A stretch of DNA of 64,000 nt from a bacterium (lineage in GTDB: Bacteria; Zixibacteria; MSB-5A5; GN15; FEB-12): positions 10,650 through 74,649 of the forward strand of contig JAUWIB010000105.1 of NCBI GenBank assembly GCA_030605565.1, written 5' to 3'. Of this stretch, positions 38,402 to 48,827 are shown piece by piece. The notes beneath the pieces are model-generated. The model searched no databases. It was not told the origin of the DNA and worked only from the letters and a program-made list of their open reading frames with translations. Numbering within the stretch: position 1 is the stretch's first letter; the number at the start of each line of letters is the position of its first letter. The position numbers and the translations under genes are program-made.

Positions 38402-38484
38402 CTTACCTCCTGCTAAAGTAGGCAGGAATATAACAAAAATACGAATTGTCCCAAGCGAATTCTTGGGTCCTGCGGCCGTACGAG

Positions 38485-38565
38485 TTGCCTCACAATAAAT
38501 GTTACCGAAGATCGATCAACGGGAGGTGTCAAATGATACATTGCCTCATAATTGATGTTACCGAA
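38485..38565 (+). repeat. Two 25-bp direct repeats, probably an IS left end
   Basis: TTGCCTCACAATAAATGTTACCGAA (38485-38509) and TTGCCTCATAATTGATGTTACCGAA (38541-38565), 22/25 identical. Confidence 0.75.
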
Positions 38566-38578
38566 AGGAGACGCGATT

Positions 38579-38713
38579 ATGGGTGGAGATTCCAAACAAG
38601 AGTACCGGGCCGCGATACGGCAACGCTATTCTCAGGCCTCCAAAGAAGAAAAAAGGCGTAGAATTCCGAACACCCTCCATTCTGACAATGCACAGACTAC
38701 AAATCGTCTATGA
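38579..38713 (+). pseudogene. Truncated transposase N-terminus (ISNCY/rve-integrase type)
   Basis: AAGGAG SD then MGGDSKQEYRAAIRQRYSQASKEEKRRRI, resembling the ..EYL..IR.RY..A.K.EK..ILDE start of these transposases; similarity is lost after about 28 codons. Confidence 0.6.
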
Positions 38714-38924
38714 ATTTCCTCATTTGATCAACAAAATCGTCGATTATTTTTCCGCCAGCCGCACTGATTCTTCCGGTTTTGGTTTTCTGCTTTAACACGT
38801 TGCCTGCATTCTCTGCCCTTTTGCAGAGATCTTTCAACTGCTCAACAAGCTCTTGCGGATACTCTGCATCGTCGTATCGGGTCAACTCTTTGCCATTGCG
38901 CTTAATCATAGGTTTGCTCCTCAA
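38697..38924 (-). CDS. Small hypothetical protein
   Basis: AT-rich helical ORF; GGAG SD before the ATG at 38909. Confidence 0.55.
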   Translation of the reverse strand: MRSKPMIKRNGKELTRYDDAEYPQELVEQLKDLCKRAENAGNVLKQKTKTGRISAAGGKIIDDFVDQMRKFIDDL

Positions 38925-38990
38925 GTCTCGATATTCCTTTAGGTTATGAACACTATCGTAATCACGAAGTCGCGCGGGGATAGGCCATAC

Positions 38991-40847
38991 TCACCGAAGG
39001 ATAGTCTCGGCAGGCGGCCTGGGAGTCTGACCGGCATCGAGGCTGTCCAGATGACGGCGCGGCAGGCATACCAGGAAAGTCGTCCCCTGCCCTGAAGCTG
39101 ATTGATAAGTCAGTCGTCCGCCGTGCAGGTCGACGATTTTTTTTGCCAACGGCAAACCCAGTCCGCTGCCGGAGGGACGCGTGGAATAGAACGGCGTGAA
39201 GATCTTGTCGGCGTCTCGCTGGTCGATTCCGCAGCCGGTATCCGACACTTCGATAGTCATCTGCTCATCCGTCGCCGTCACCCGGACAGTCACCTTGCCG
39301 TGATCGCCGGCATGGGCGTTAACGCCGTTTTCCAGCAGGTTGGTGAGGGCTTGCTTCAACAGCAAACCATCAGCCTCGATCAGTGGAATCCGGTCGGTGT
39401 GGTATGCGAATTCGATTAGGGCACAGTCCGACCGAACGCGGAAAGAATCGATCAACTCCCTGATCATCGTGTCGACGTCGAGCATGGCCGGACTAAAGTT
39501 GAGTGGGCGTGCAAAGTACAGGAAGCGCTCGATTAGCGATTCAGCCTCTTTCGTCTCCTGGACCAAAGCCACGGCATGGTCGGCGTTGAGATCGTGACCG
39601 ATGAGTTTTTTCCTGAGCAGGCTACCGTACCCGGCGACCGCACCAAGCGAGTTTCGGATTTGGTGAGCCAGGCCGGCGGCCATCTCACCAAGGGCAGCCA
39701 GTCGTTCTTTGGTTTCCAGTTGACGGCGTAAAGTCGACAACTCGGTAAGATCGTTGATCAATAACGACGCTCCCAGAACCGCGCCGGTATGATCGTGGAT
39801 CATCGATATGGTAACTCCAAGGGTAAGTTGCCGGCCGGAAGTTGTCGTGAATTCCGTTTCGCGATACGCCTGATTCCGACCGCAATCGAGCACACGGCTG
39901 ACGGCATCTACCAGGTGGACATTCGATCCAAGCAGGTCCCAGTAGTGTCCGCCTTCGTAGCAGGTACGCTCCACATCGAGAATCTCCTCGGCGACGGTAT
40001 TGAGCGACATCACTCGACCGCGCTGGTTTACAGTGATGAGCCCAGAGTTCATAGAGCGAAGCAGATGTTCGTTGAACTGCTCAAGTGAATCGGCTCGATG
40101 GGTTATCTCGCGATTCAGCCTGAGCAATTCGGATTCTTTCTCTCGAAGTTCGTCGATGATCCGACGGTAGTCGGTGACCATCGCTTCAACCTCGTCGTGG
40201 TCATCATCGACCATACGCCCAGCCTGAAGGGCCTCCTGCCTAATGCGGCGAAACGGCGACAATACGAATCGTGACAACAGGACATACACTCCCAATGTCA
40301 GGAATGCAGCCACCAGACTCACGATTATCATGGTGCGCCAGGCGGTGTCGAGGTAGGACAGAAGCGGCGCCTTTTCGCCGAGGATGATCAGTCCGCGGGC
40401 GTTGCGACCCGGCATGGGATAGAGATAGAAGTACTCACCCTGATCACCGCGTGTGATCCGATGCATTTCGATGGTCTCGAATTGCGCCACAATCTCGCCC
40501 CACTTCTTGGAACCGGTGGCGATCACGAGAGAGGACAACTCATCCTTGGTGAGCCTCTTCCCTTCTGAAGGCAGCGAGCCGGGGAAATACCCCAGTTTGC
40601 TCAGCCCCAGTTGCTGTCGCAGGGTGCTTTCCCGGTCTTCGCTCAACTGGGTCACGCCCCAGTTATCGATATTCCGACTCACGATTAGGCTGGTATCGTT
40701 CAGATGGTTTTCTATCCTCTCTCGCTCCGCCATCCGGGCATGGTAGGCGATGTAGTTCGAGGCTGCATTCAAAACCAGCAGAACGAGGATTATGGCCAGA
40801 AATCCCAGATGAACTTCGGACTCAAATCTGTGTGACAACTTATTCAT
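38991..40847 (-). CDS. Membrane PAS-domain sensor histidine kinase (NtrB/PilS-like)
   Basis: 2 TMs, PAS (SMNSGLITVN), LAHQIRNSL H-box, NLLENG, DTGCGI, GSGLGL. Confidence 0.92.
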   Translation of the reverse strand: MNKLSHRFESEVHLGFLAIILVLLVLNAASNYIAYHARMAERERIENHLNDTSLIVSRNIDNWGVTQLSEDRESTLRQQLGLSKLGYFPGSLPSEGKRLTKDELSSLVIATGSKKWGEIVAQFETIEMHRITRGDQGEYFYLYPMPGRNARGLIILGEKAPLLSYLDTAWRTMIIVSLVAAFLTLGVYVLLSRFVLSPFRRIRQEALQAGRMVDDDHDEVEAMVTDYRRIIDELREKESELLRLNREITHRADSLEQFNEHLLRSMNSGLITVNQRGRVMSLNTVAEEILDVERTCYEGGHYWDLLGSNVHLVDAVSRVLDCGRNQAYRETEFTTTSGRQLTLGVTISMIHDHTGAVLGASLLINDLTELSTLRRQLETKERLAALGEMAAGLAHQIRNSLGAVAGYGSLLRKKLIGHDLNADHAVALVQETKEAESLIERFLYFARPLNFSPAMLDVDTMIRELIDSFRVRSDCALIEFAYHTDRIPLIEADGLLLKQALTNLLENGVNAHAGDHGKVTVRVTATDEQMTIEVSDTGCGIDQRDADKIFTPFYSTRPSGSGLGLPLAKKIVDLHGGRLTYQSASGQGTTFLVCLPRRHLDSLDAGQTPRPPAETILR

Positions 40848-40860
40848 GGTCCTAAGCCGA

Positions 40861-40887
40861 GTATCGGCTATACCGAGGTCGAGTTGA
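40861..40887 (-). promoter_or_regulatory. Putative sigma28 promoter
   Basis: TCAA-N15-GCCGATAC, 13 nt upstream of the kinase ATG. Confidence 0.55.
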
Positions 40888-40900
40888 ACCGGAAGTTGTC

Positions 40901-41683
40901 TTAGGGCAGGGTCAGGAAGTTGGTAACGTAGAAATCGATAATCCGATCACCGGCGACCATCGCCAGCATCGCGGCAATGGAAAGAAAGGGGCCGAACGGC
41001 ACTGTCCGTTCACGGCGCAATCGGGCTGAAAAGGCCATCAGAACCAGCGAGACTACCAGGCCGATCACGGCGGCACTGACAAAAATCAGAAAGACCTTCT
41101 GCCACCCGAGAAAGGCGCCCAGCATGGCGGCCATTTTGATATCACCGCCTCCCATTGACTCTTTTTTGAACAGCCAGTCCCCCAAGAGCGCGATCAGATA
41201 CAGCGCCCCGCCTCCGACCAGCAAACCGATAGTGGCGTTCACAATACCGATACCATCGGGAATCAGCGACACTCCCAGCGCAATGATCATACCGGGCAGA
41301 GTTATTCCGTCGGGAATGATGCGGAACTCGAGGTCAATGAAAAAGATGACCAGCAGCGCCGACGATAGCAGGGCAAAGGCTGCCGTCTGGAAGCCCAGTC
41401 CATACTGCCAGTAGAGGTAGAAGTAAAAAAGTCCATTGAGAACCTCAACCAGGGGGTATCTGATCGAGATGCCGGTTGAGCAGAAAGCACACTTCCCACG
41501 GAGGACAAGATAACTGAGTACGGGAATATTATGGAACCATCTCAGTGATCGTCCGCAGTGAGGACAGAGGGACCTACCGGCGACAAAGTTGATCTTGCGG
41601 GGTACACGATAGATGACGACGTTCAGAAACGAGCCGATGACCAGACCGGCCGTAAGCACCAGAATAAGCGCCAGAACATGCAT
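40901..41683 (-). CDS. pilD: Prepilin peptidase / N-methyltransferase
   Basis: GSFLNVVIYRVP, CPHC..CAFC, IDLEFRIIPD, MGGGDIK, PFGPFL. Confidence 0.95.
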   Translation of the reverse strand: MHVLALILVLTAGLVIGSFLNVVIYRVPRKINFVAGRSLCPHCGRSLRWFHNIPVLSYLVLRGKCAFCSTGISIRYPLVEVLNGLFYFYLYWQYGLGFQTAAFALLSSALLVIFFIDLEFRIIPDGITLPGMIIALGVSLIPDGIGIVNATIGLLVGGGALYLIALLGDWLFKKESMGGGDIKMAAMLGAFLGWQKVFLIFVSAAVIGLVVSLVLMAFSARLRRERTVPFGPFLSIAAMLAMVAGDRIIDFYVTNFLTLP

Positions 41684-41708
41684 GTTATAGTATCGGTTGG
41701 CAGGCCGC

Positions 41709-42458
41709 CTATCTCAACTCCCCCAGCAGCGCCATAACCAGAGCACAGGCTACGGGCGCCGCAGTCTCGCTACGGAGCACCCGTCGGCCCAGAGAAACTA
41801 CTTTGAACCCAGTCTCCCCGGCTGCGGCCACTTCCTCCGGTGTGAAGCCCGCCTCCGGTCCGACCAGCAATGTCACCCTGGGCGCCTGAGTATCCGCTAA
41901 ACACTCCTCGAGAGGGCGGCCCTCATTTGTCGGATGAAAAACCAGATTGACATCAGAGCGATCTGTCTCCTTCAAGAACTGTTCAAGGGACACCGGATTG
42001 CTCACGTCGGGTCGATATGATCGGCGAGACTGTTTCACAGCCGCCAACGCAACTTTTTCGAGACGCCTCAGACGCGATGCCGCCCGCTTGGGATCGTCCA
42101 GTTTCACTCGCGACTTCTCAGACAGAATCGGCACGAACCGCTTAATACCCAACTCGGTGGCTTTCTGGACAATGGTGTCGAGTTTCGACCCGGTCGATAG
42201 TCCGGCGGCCAAAGTCAGTCGCACTGTCGCTTCACCATAATTGCGCAGGCGGGTATGTACGCGCACTTGAAAACTCTTGCTCCTCCCCGCTCGCTCGATC
42301 TCACCACGGCAGGCATTGCCCAGACCGTCCACGACCAGTACGATGTCGCCCTGTCTCAGCCGAAGAACCGTTCCGGCATGGTGACTCTCGACCTTAGATA
42401 GCTCAATGATGTCATCGTGAATCGAATCGGGTGGTGCAAAAAAAACAGGTGGTTCCAT
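41709..42458 (-). CDS. rsmE: 16S rRNA m3U1498 methyltransferase
   Basis: HAGTVLRL, KATELGI, VGPEAGF, LGRRVLRSETA. Confidence 0.93.
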   Translation of the reverse strand: MEPPVFFAPPDSIHDDIIELSKVESHHAGTVLRLRQGDIVLVVDGLGNACRGEIERAGRSKSFQVRVHTRLRNYGEATVRLTLAAGLSTGSKLDTIVQKATELGIKRFVPILSEKSRVKLDDPKRAASRLRRLEKVALAAVKQSRRSYRPDVSNPVSLEQFLKETDRSDVNLVFHPTNEGRPLEECLADTQAPRVTLLVGPEAGFTPEEVAAAGETGFKVVSLGRRVLRSETAAPVACALVMALLGELR

Positions 42459-42462
42459 CGGT

Positions 42463-43350
42463 TCATGCTTTCTCAACGACAAACGTCAGCCACTCGTTAT
42501 CAAGTGTCGTCGAGAACCTATTGAGCCCAAGTTCGGCCAGTCGCGCGCATAGCTCGGACTCGTCGCGCTGCAACAAGCCAGCTAACAGCAGCACTCCACC
42601 ATCAGCCGTCAGACTCTCAAGCCGCGGTAGCATATCGAGTATTGTCTTCTTGATAATGTTCGCGCAGACAAATTCATACGGTGGATCCTGAAGGCACTTC
42701 TCGATCGATCCGAACAGGACGTCAAAAGGTGCGCCAATATCGTTGAGGCGAAAATTACCACGGCAGTTATCCACGGCGACGACATCGTAGTCGATCGCTT
42801 TAATGAAAGCAGCACCTTTCTTGTCAGCCAGGATCGACAGGATGCCGGAACCGCAACCAAGATCAAGAAACCTCCAACCCTTCCGGAATCGTTGGGCAAT
42901 TACTTTTAGACAAGTTCGTGTCGTTTCGTGCCGCCCGGTGCCGAAGGCCATTCTCGGCTCAAGGAGAATTTCATATTGCGCTTCTGGAGAACTCTCATGC
43001 CACGGCGCCCGGATTACTATGTCCGGTTCTATCCTGATCGGCTCCACGGAAACACGGTATTGTTCTTCCCACTCAACATTGGTGACCTTCTTGCTGTTAA
43101 TCATTGGAGGTTCTGATACAGCCTTCGGCGATATCTGTTTGACATAAGCTGCGAGCGGTTCAAGGTCCGGGGTAGCGTCGTCAGCCAGGTAGAACTTAAT
43201 GGTCGTGCGCTTTGAATCTTGTTCATCTTCGAGAACGAGACCGGAAGCGTGGTTTTCGATAATGAAATCACAGACCGGATCGACCAATATCAGATCGACA
43301 GTCACACTTACCTCGATAAAGGCCGTAAGTTCTTTCTCAAGTTTCTTCAT
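42463..43350 (-). CDS. prmA: Ribosomal protein L11 methyltransferase
   Basis: [29 protein letters not shown]. Confidence 0.93.
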   Translation of the reverse strand: MKKLEKELTAFIEVSVTVDLILVDPVCDFIIENHASGLVLEDEQDSKRTTIKFYLADDATPDLEPLAAYVKQISPKAVSEPPMINSKKVTNVEWEEQYRVSVEPIRIEPDIVIRAPWHESSPEAQYEILLEPRMAFGTGRHETTRTCLKVIAQRFRKGWRFLDLGCGSGILSILADKKGAAFIKAIDYDVVAVDNCRGNFRLNDIGAPFDVLFGSIEKCLQDPPYEFVCANIIKKTILDMLPRLESLTADGGVLLLAGLLQRDESELCARLAELGLNRFSTTLDNEWLTFVVEKA

Positions 43351-44507
43351 ACGCCGAGCGTTTCCCGGAACTTGTCGAAGAATGACTTATTGCCGGTCGG
43401 CGGCGTCATCGCCTCCGACTGGGCAAGTTTCTCGATTTGTCGTTTGTCCTCCGCGCTCAGTTTGGTCGGGACCCAGACCGTGATCCGCACCAGTTGTTCG
43501 CCGCGGCCGTTACGGTGCAGGCGCGGAATCCCCTTGCCCCGCATTCTCAGAACTTTGCCCGACTGAGTTCCGGATGGGACACGAAGTTGAGCCTCACCAT
43601 CGAGGGTGGGCACAGTCACACTGCCACCGAGCGCCGCCGTAACGAACGAAATCGTTTTGTCACACACAATGTTGTCGCCGTGGCGAGTGAAGTGCTCATG
43701 CGGCGCTTCCTCGAATACCGCTATCAAATCACCGGACTCGCCGTTGTTCGGAGCGGCATTGCCCATTCCATCGACCGCCATATAGTTGCCGCTGGAAACA
43801 CCCGGAGGGACTTTGAGGTTGACGGTCGACGATCCCCGTATCCGTCCCTCCCCGCGACAAGTGGGGCATGGCTCCGAGATTACTTCACCCGCGCCGCGAC
43901 ATTGGTTGCAGGTGACCACCTGCTGAATAGTACCAAGAAAGGTCCGACTCACCGTGCGTACACGACCGGCCCCTTTGCACTGAGGACAGGTTCGCCGTGA
44001 CGAGCCGGCCGCCACCCCGGAACCACCGCAAGTGTCGCAGGCTTTCAGTCTTTTGACGCGAATCGACCTCTCCGCCCCGGACGCGATTTCTTCCAGAGTG
44101 AGTTCGATCCTTACTCTCAGATCCTCACCACGGTTACTTCGCCGTGCTCCCCCCCCGCCGCCCATACCGAAAAGATCGTCGAAGATCGACCCGCCACCGC
44201 CGCCGAAGTCGCGCATGAAGGCTCTGAGAGCATCGCTGATATCGAACCCCCCCCCAAAGCCTCCGAATCCGGCGGCGCCCTGACCAAGGCCGGCATGACC
44301 GTACTGATCGTAGGTCTGTCGTTTCTGCGAATCCTTGAGGATTTCGTAGGCTTCGGTAGCTTCTTTGAACTTGTCTTCGGCTGTTCGGTCGTTCGGGTTA
44401 CGATCCGGATGGAACTTCAGAGCCAACTTGCGATAAGCCGACTTTATCTCATCCTCGCCGGCGCCGTGATCGATTCCGAGTATCTCGTAGTAGTCCCGCT
44501 GGGTCAT
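43347..44507 (-). CDS. dnaJ: Chaperone DnaJ
   Basis: J domain with HPD, G/F region, four CxxCxGxG repeats. Confidence 0.98.
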   Translation of the reverse strand: MTQRDYYEILGIDHGAGEDEIKSAYRKLALKFHPDRNPNDRTAEDKFKEATEAYEILKDSQKRQTYDQYGHAGLGQGAAGFGGFGGGFDISDALRAFMRDFGGGGGSIFDDLFGMGGGGGARRSNRGEDLRVRIELTLEEIASGAERSIRVKRLKACDTCGGSGVAAGSSRRTCPQCKGAGRVRTVSRTFLGTIQQVVTCNQCRGAGEVISEPCPTCRGEGRIRGSSTVNLKVPPGVSSGNYMAVDGMGNAAPNNGESGDLIAVFEEAPHEHFTRHGDNIVCDKTISFVTAALGGSVTVPTLDGEAQLRVPSGTQSGKVLRMRGKGIPRLHRNGRGEQLVRITVWVPTKLSAEDKRQIEKLAQSEAMTPPTGNKSFFDKFRETLGV

Positions 44508-44514
44508 TGGTTAC

Positions 44515-46452
44515 TTACTTTTTGTCGTCGTCGACCACTTCGAAATCCGCATCCACGGCGCCGGAATCAGCATCGCCACTGTCAGCCGTATCGGCTTTGC
44601 CAGCTTCACCGGTCGAACTCTCAGTCTCGCTGCCGGCCTGCTCAGCCTGAGCCTGTTTGTACATTTCCTCAGCCAGTTTGTGCGAGGCGGTCGTCAGCTC
44701 TTCTTTGGCTTTGTTAATCACTTCAACCGAGTCGCCGGTAGCGGCATCCTTGAGAGTCTTGATCTTCTCTTCGATACTCTTTCTCTCCTCGTCAGAGATT
44801 TTGTCACCATGTTCTTTGAGCGTCTTCTCGGTGGAGTACGCGAAATGGTCGGCTTCATTGCGAGCCTTGATCAATTCCTCACGTTGCTTGTCTTCATCTG
44901 CGTGAGCCTCGGCATCATGTACCATCTTGTCGACTTCCTCGTCGGAGAGGCCGGATGACACTTCGATCCTGATCGACTGCTCCTTACCGGTAGCCTTGTC
45001 CTTGGCGGACACATGCACGATACCGTTCTGGTCGATGTCGAAGGTCACCTCGATTTGCGGTATACCGCGCGCCGCCGCCGGGATGCCGACCAAATCGAAA
45101 CGACCCAGCGTGCGGTTGTCGATCGCCATCGGACGTTCACCCTGGAGGACATGGATCGACACGGCCGGTTGATTGTCATCGGCGGTTGAGAAAATCTGTG
45201 ACTTCCGGGTAGGTATGGTAGTGTTACGTTCGATCAATTTGGTTAAGACACCGCCCAGTGTTTCGATACCAAGCGACAACGGTGTCACATCCAATAGAAC
45301 GATCTCCCGATCACCCATGTCGCCGGACAAAATTCCGCCCTGAATGGCCGCGCCGACAGCGACAACTTCGTCCGGATTAACGCCCTTGTGGGGATCACGT
45401 CCGAAAACCTCCCTGACCCGTTCGATCACTTTGGGCATGCGGGTCATGCCGCCGACCAGAACAACTTCATCAATGTCAGACGGCGACAGTTTGGCGTCAG
45501 CCAGCGCTGATTTGCACGGCCCCACGGAACGTTCGATCAACTCTTCGGTCAACTGCTCATACTTCGACCGCGTAAGAGTGAGATCCAAATGTTTCGGCCC
45601 CGCCTGATCGGCGGTAACGAACGGCAAGTTGATATTGGTCTGCATAGTCGTGGACAATTCTATCTTAGCCTTCTCGGCGGCTTCTTTCAGTCGCTGGAGA
45701 GCCATACGATCCTTGCGCAGGTCGATACCGTTGGACTTCAAAAACTCATCGGCCATCCAGTCGATAACCGTCTGATCGAAGTCGTCGCCGCCGAGATGCG
45801 TGTCTCCATTGGTGGCCAATACCTGGAATACACCTTCGCCGATATCCAGGATAGAAATGTCGAAAGTACCGCCGCCAAGATCATAAACGGCGATCTTCTG
45901 GTTGCCTTCTTTCTGCAGACCGTAGGCGAGCGAGGCGGCCGTGGGTTCATTGATTATGCGCTCAACTTCGAGACCGGCAATCTTGCCGGCATCCTTGGTA
46001 GCCTGACGCTGAGCATCGTTGAAGTAGGCGGGCACGGTGATGACAGCGTGAGTGACATCCTCACCGAGGTAACTCTCCGCCGCCTGCTTCATCGACCGCA
46101 GGATCATGGCCGAAATTTCCGGCGGCGTGTGAGTCCCTCCCCCGGCCTCTACAAGAACAGCCCCTTTTTCGTTGGAAACCACCTTGTACGGAACGATCTT
46201 CTCTTCCGAGCCGACCTCGTCATGATTCCGCCCCATGAACCGCTTGATGGAAAAAACAGTGTTTTCAGGATTGGTAACCGCCTGCCGCTTAGCCGCGGCG
46301 CCAACCAACCGTTCGCCATCTTTTGCAAAGGCGACAATCGACGGGGTTGTGCGAGCGCCCTCAAGAGACGGAATCACCACCGGTTCCTGACCTTCCATGA
46401 CGGCCACACATGAATTAGTGGTACCCAGATCTATGCCTATTATTTTTCCCAT
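44515..46452 (-). CDS. dnaK: Chaperone DnaK
   Basis: [35 protein letters not shown]. Confidence 0.99.
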   Translation of the reverse strand: MGKIIGIDLGTTNSCVAVMEGQEPVVIPSLEGARTTPSIVAFAKDGERLVGAAAKRQAVTNPENTVFSIKRFMGRNHDEVGSEEKIVPYKVVSNEKGAVLVEAGGGTHTPPEISAMILRSMKQAAESYLGEDVTHAVITVPAYFNDAQRQATKDAGKIAGLEVERIINEPTAASLAYGLQKEGNQKIAVYDLGGGTFDISILDIGEGVFQVLATNGDTHLGGDDFDQTVIDWMADEFLKSNGIDLRKDRMALQRLKEAAEKAKIELSTTMQTNINLPFVTADQAGPKHLDLTLTRSKYEQLTEELIERSVGPCKSALADAKLSPSDIDEVVLVGGMTRMPKVIERVREVFGRDPHKGVNPDEVVAVGAAIQGGILSGDMGDREIVLLDVTPLSLGIETLGGVLTKLIERNTTIPTRKSQIFSTADDNQPAVSIHVLQGERPMAIDNRTLGRFDLVGIPAAARGIPQIEVTFDIDQNGIVHVSAKDKATGKEQSIRIEVSSGLSDEEVDKMVHDAEAHADEDKQREELIKARNEADHFAYSTEKTLKEHGDKISDEERKSIEEKIKTLKDAATGDSVEVINKAKEELTTASHKLAEEMYKQAQAEQAGSETESSTGEAGKADTADSGDADSGAVDADFEVVDDDKK

Positions 46453-46522
46453 TTCCAGGACTCCTTGCTATTTCAAAACCACAATATTCTTGCTCTATCT
46501 GAGCCGACGGTTTGTCGCCGAC

Positions 46523-47182
46523 TCACTCGTTATTCTCAGCTTCTTCATCACCGCCCGAATCATCGGATTCGCTTGCACCAGCACTCACGCCCACCTTGCT
46601 GTGCCTGAGGATGCGCGTACCCTGGCGGTAACCCTTGCTCATCTCAACAGCTACCGTCCCTTCCGGGTAATTATCGCTTTCGGTCTGCATCACCGCCTCG
46701 TGCAGATTGGGATCGAACGGCTTGCCGACTGCTTCAATCGGTGACACCTCATGTTTGTCCAGAAGTGTTGTCAGTTGTTCATAGATCAACTTCATCCCCT
46801 CGCGGTAACCCTCAAGGTCGGCCTGCTCGTCGCCATGGTCGAAAGCGCGTTCAAAGTTGTCGACCACATCCAACAGTTGAAGCAATATCCGATCGTTAGC
46901 GCTGCGAACGATCTCTTCAAACCGACGCGCTGTTCGCTTCTTGAAGTTGTCGAACTCCGCAGCGCTGCGCAGCAAACGATCCTCAAGGTCGGTCACTTGC
47001 GCCGCGAGTTTCTCTTCCTCGGTAAGTTCCGGCGCGGTCTCCGGTTCAATAGCTGCATCCGAACCATTCTCACTCTCGGTGGCGGCGTCTTCGGGTGCTT
47101 CTACCGTTTCATCATTGTTGTCTGAGTCAGGTTGTTCGTTGTCGTCGTCAAACTGAATCTTGATTTCCTTGTCGTCGCTCAT
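46523..47182 (-). CDS. grpE: Nucleotide exchange factor GrpE
   Basis: AEFDNFKKR, FDPNLHEAV, KGY...RILR. Confidence 0.96.
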   Translation of the reverse strand: MSDDKEIKIQFDDDNEQPDSDNNDETVEAPEDAATESENGSDAAIEPETAPELTEEEKLAAQVTDLEDRLLRSAAEFDNFKKRTARRFEEIVRSANDRILLQLLDVVDNFERAFDHGDEQADLEGYREGMKLIYEQLTTLLDKHEVSPIEAVGKPFDPNLHEAVMQTESDNYPEGTVAVEMSKGYRQGTRILRHSKVGVSAGASESDDSGGDEEAENNE

Positions 47183-47188
47183 GCTCTA

Positions 47189-48232
47189 TCAATCCCTTTC
47201 GTGGTCAATGCCGGAGAGAACCTGGGTGATGGTCTTGGCCGTGTGCTCGACCACCGACACCAATTTCGAGTACGGCATCCGGGTAGGACCGATAATGCCG
47301 ATAGCGCCGCTGATCTTGCCGACGCGGTAAGAGGACGCCACTAACGAACAGGTCATGATGTCGGCATATTTGTTTTCACTGCCGATCACGATGACCAGGC
47401 CGGCGTCATGGGCGTCACTGAGAAAGTCACTGAGAAGCTTGCCGTTCTCAAGGATTCTAACTAACTCCGAGATTTTCTCCATATCGGAGAATTCCGGTTG
47501 CCGGAGAAGGTGATCAGCACCGGCTACGCGAATTCCGTCGGGGGCTATATCGGTCCAGATTTTGTCTTTGGAATCCAACAGGAGTTTAACCAGCCGACCG
47601 CCGGATGAGACGTCAGCCAGGCGGGCGGTAATCGTCCGACGGATTTCGCCCAACGACAGACCGGTGAGACGTTCATTTAGTACTGCCTCGACCTCGCGCA
47701 GAGAACTCTCCGAAATGGCCGTTTCGATTTCAATGATCACCGTTTTGGCCAGACCGGACCGAACCACGACTATCACCATGATACGTTCATCGGAGATCGG
47801 AATCAACTCGAACCGTTTCAGAATCCCTTCCTCAAATCGAGGAGCAATCGTAACCCCCAACTCCTGTGTGATCTCACCGAGAACTTTGCAGGTCTGACCA
47901 AGAATCGCATCGATACCCCGGCCTTCGGAGAGCACAGCATCGCGGATGGTCTCTTTCTCCATCTGAGTTAATTGGTCCGGCTTGAGCAAATAGTCGACAT
48001 AAACGCGGTAGCCGAGGTCGGTCGGAATGCGCCCCGCTGAAGTATGCGGCTGCTCCACCAGACCCAGTTCCTCAAGGTCCTGAAGAGTATTGCGGATGGT
48101 GGCCGATGACAGCCCCATCCGGAACCGATTAGCGATAATGCGCGAACCAACCGGATCGGCCGAACTGATATAATGAGTTATCAGGTTGTAAAGAACCTGC
48201 TTTTCACGGTCACTTAAGTTCTCAAATGCCAT
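47189..48232 (-). CDS. hrcA: Heat-inducible transcription repressor HrcA
   Basis: PVGSR, SSATIRN, QPHTSAGRIPT..GYRVYVD, IGPTRMPY. Confidence 0.96.
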   Translation of the reverse strand: MAFENLSDREKQVLYNLITHYISSADPVGSRIIANRFRMGLSSATIRNTLQDLEELGLVEQPHTSAGRIPTDLGYRVYVDYLLKPDQLTQMEKETIRDAVLSEGRGIDAILGQTCKVLGEITQELGVTIAPRFEEGILKRFELIPISDERIMVIVVVRSGLAKTVIIEIETAISESSLREVEAVLNERLTGLSLGEIRRTITARLADVSSGGRLVKLLLDSKDKIWTDIAPDGIRVAGADHLLRQPEFSDMEKISELVRILENGKLLSDFLSDAHDAGLVIVIGSENKYADIMTCSLVASSYRVGKISGAIGIIGPTRMPYSKLVSVVEHTAKTITQVLSGIDHERD

Positions 48233-48267
48233 ATACTTATCGATCCCAACAGAGTCCGACTGCCACA

Positions 48268-48294
48268 ATGGCAGCCACCATGTCAGACTGCTAA
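48268..48294. promoter_or_regulatory. CIRCE operator (degenerate)
   Basis: ATGGCAGCC-N9-GACTGCTAA versus consensus TTAGCACTC-N9-GAGTGCTAA, directly downstream of the -10 box; extra half-sites at 48258-48266 and 48311-48319. Confidence 0.7.
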
Positions 48295-48295
48295 C

Positions 48296-48324
48296 AAGGT
48301 ACTCCCAAAGGTGTGCTAAGTCAA
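48296..48324 (-). promoter_or_regulatory. Sigma70 promoter of the hrcA-dnaK operon
   Basis: TTGACT-N17-TACCTT. Confidence 0.7.
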
Positions 48325-48396
48325 GGATAAATGGTGTTTTGATTTGGCAACGCGGGCAAAAAGACTGTGTAGATGGTCGGGTGGCTCATCCGCTTG

Positions 48397-48569
48397 GAGG
48401 CCGTCTCAAAAGTGCGTGTTCCGGCAGGTCTTGCGGTTGCCTAAAGCAAATGTGTGACCTGCCGGTTGTCGGCTGCCATGCCGGACAACGTCTTAGTAAA
48501 GAGCGACAGGTCACACGCTCGGCTCCGCCGTGCGCAAGACCCGTCGCAACTACCTTTTGGGACAACCTC
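48397..48569. mobile_element. 173-bp MITE-like element containing an inverted REP-like doublet
   Basis: 16-bp TIRs GAGGCCGTCTCAAAAG / CTTTTGGGACAACCTC; flanks CTTG / GTTG; no ORF. Confidence 0.6.
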
Positions 48570-48591
48570 GTTGGGTGGGGTACAGAAGAAT

Positions 48592-48627
48592 GAGATTGCC
48601 GCGCTCCCTGCGGTCGCTCGCAATGAC
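48592..48627. repeat. REP-like palindromic unit (GTCATTGCGAG...GCAATCTC type)
   Basis: GAGATTGCCGCGCTCCCTGCGGTCGCTCGCAATGAC. Confidence 0.6.
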
Positions 48628-48827
48628 AACCAATGGGACGACTTTATCAACACTCCGTTTGGAGTGGATTTCCAGAGTGTTCTAAAGTTTCCTCCGTTAC
48701 TCAAAAAGATGGCTAAGAACATAATGACGAAATAGAAACCCGGGGCAAGCCCGCGGGCCACCCAGCGTCCACCGCGCACTTCCGACTTGGCGTAAGAGAT
48801 TGCGGCGTTTTTCAACGGCCTGCTATT

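Noticed and set aside
38485..38565. Repeat-spacer-repeat (25/31/25 nt) resembling a mini CRISPR array
   Set aside because: Only two imperfect, non-palindromic copies, no cas genes, and a transposase-like stub directly follows; an IS end explains it better
45589..46413. 274-aa ORF antisense to dnaK
   Set aside because: Well-known antisense open frame opposite dnaK genes; no independent evidence
48441..48815. 124-aa minus-strand ORF upstream of hrcA
   Set aside because: Runs through REP/MITE palindromes, has no SD and no protein-like motifs
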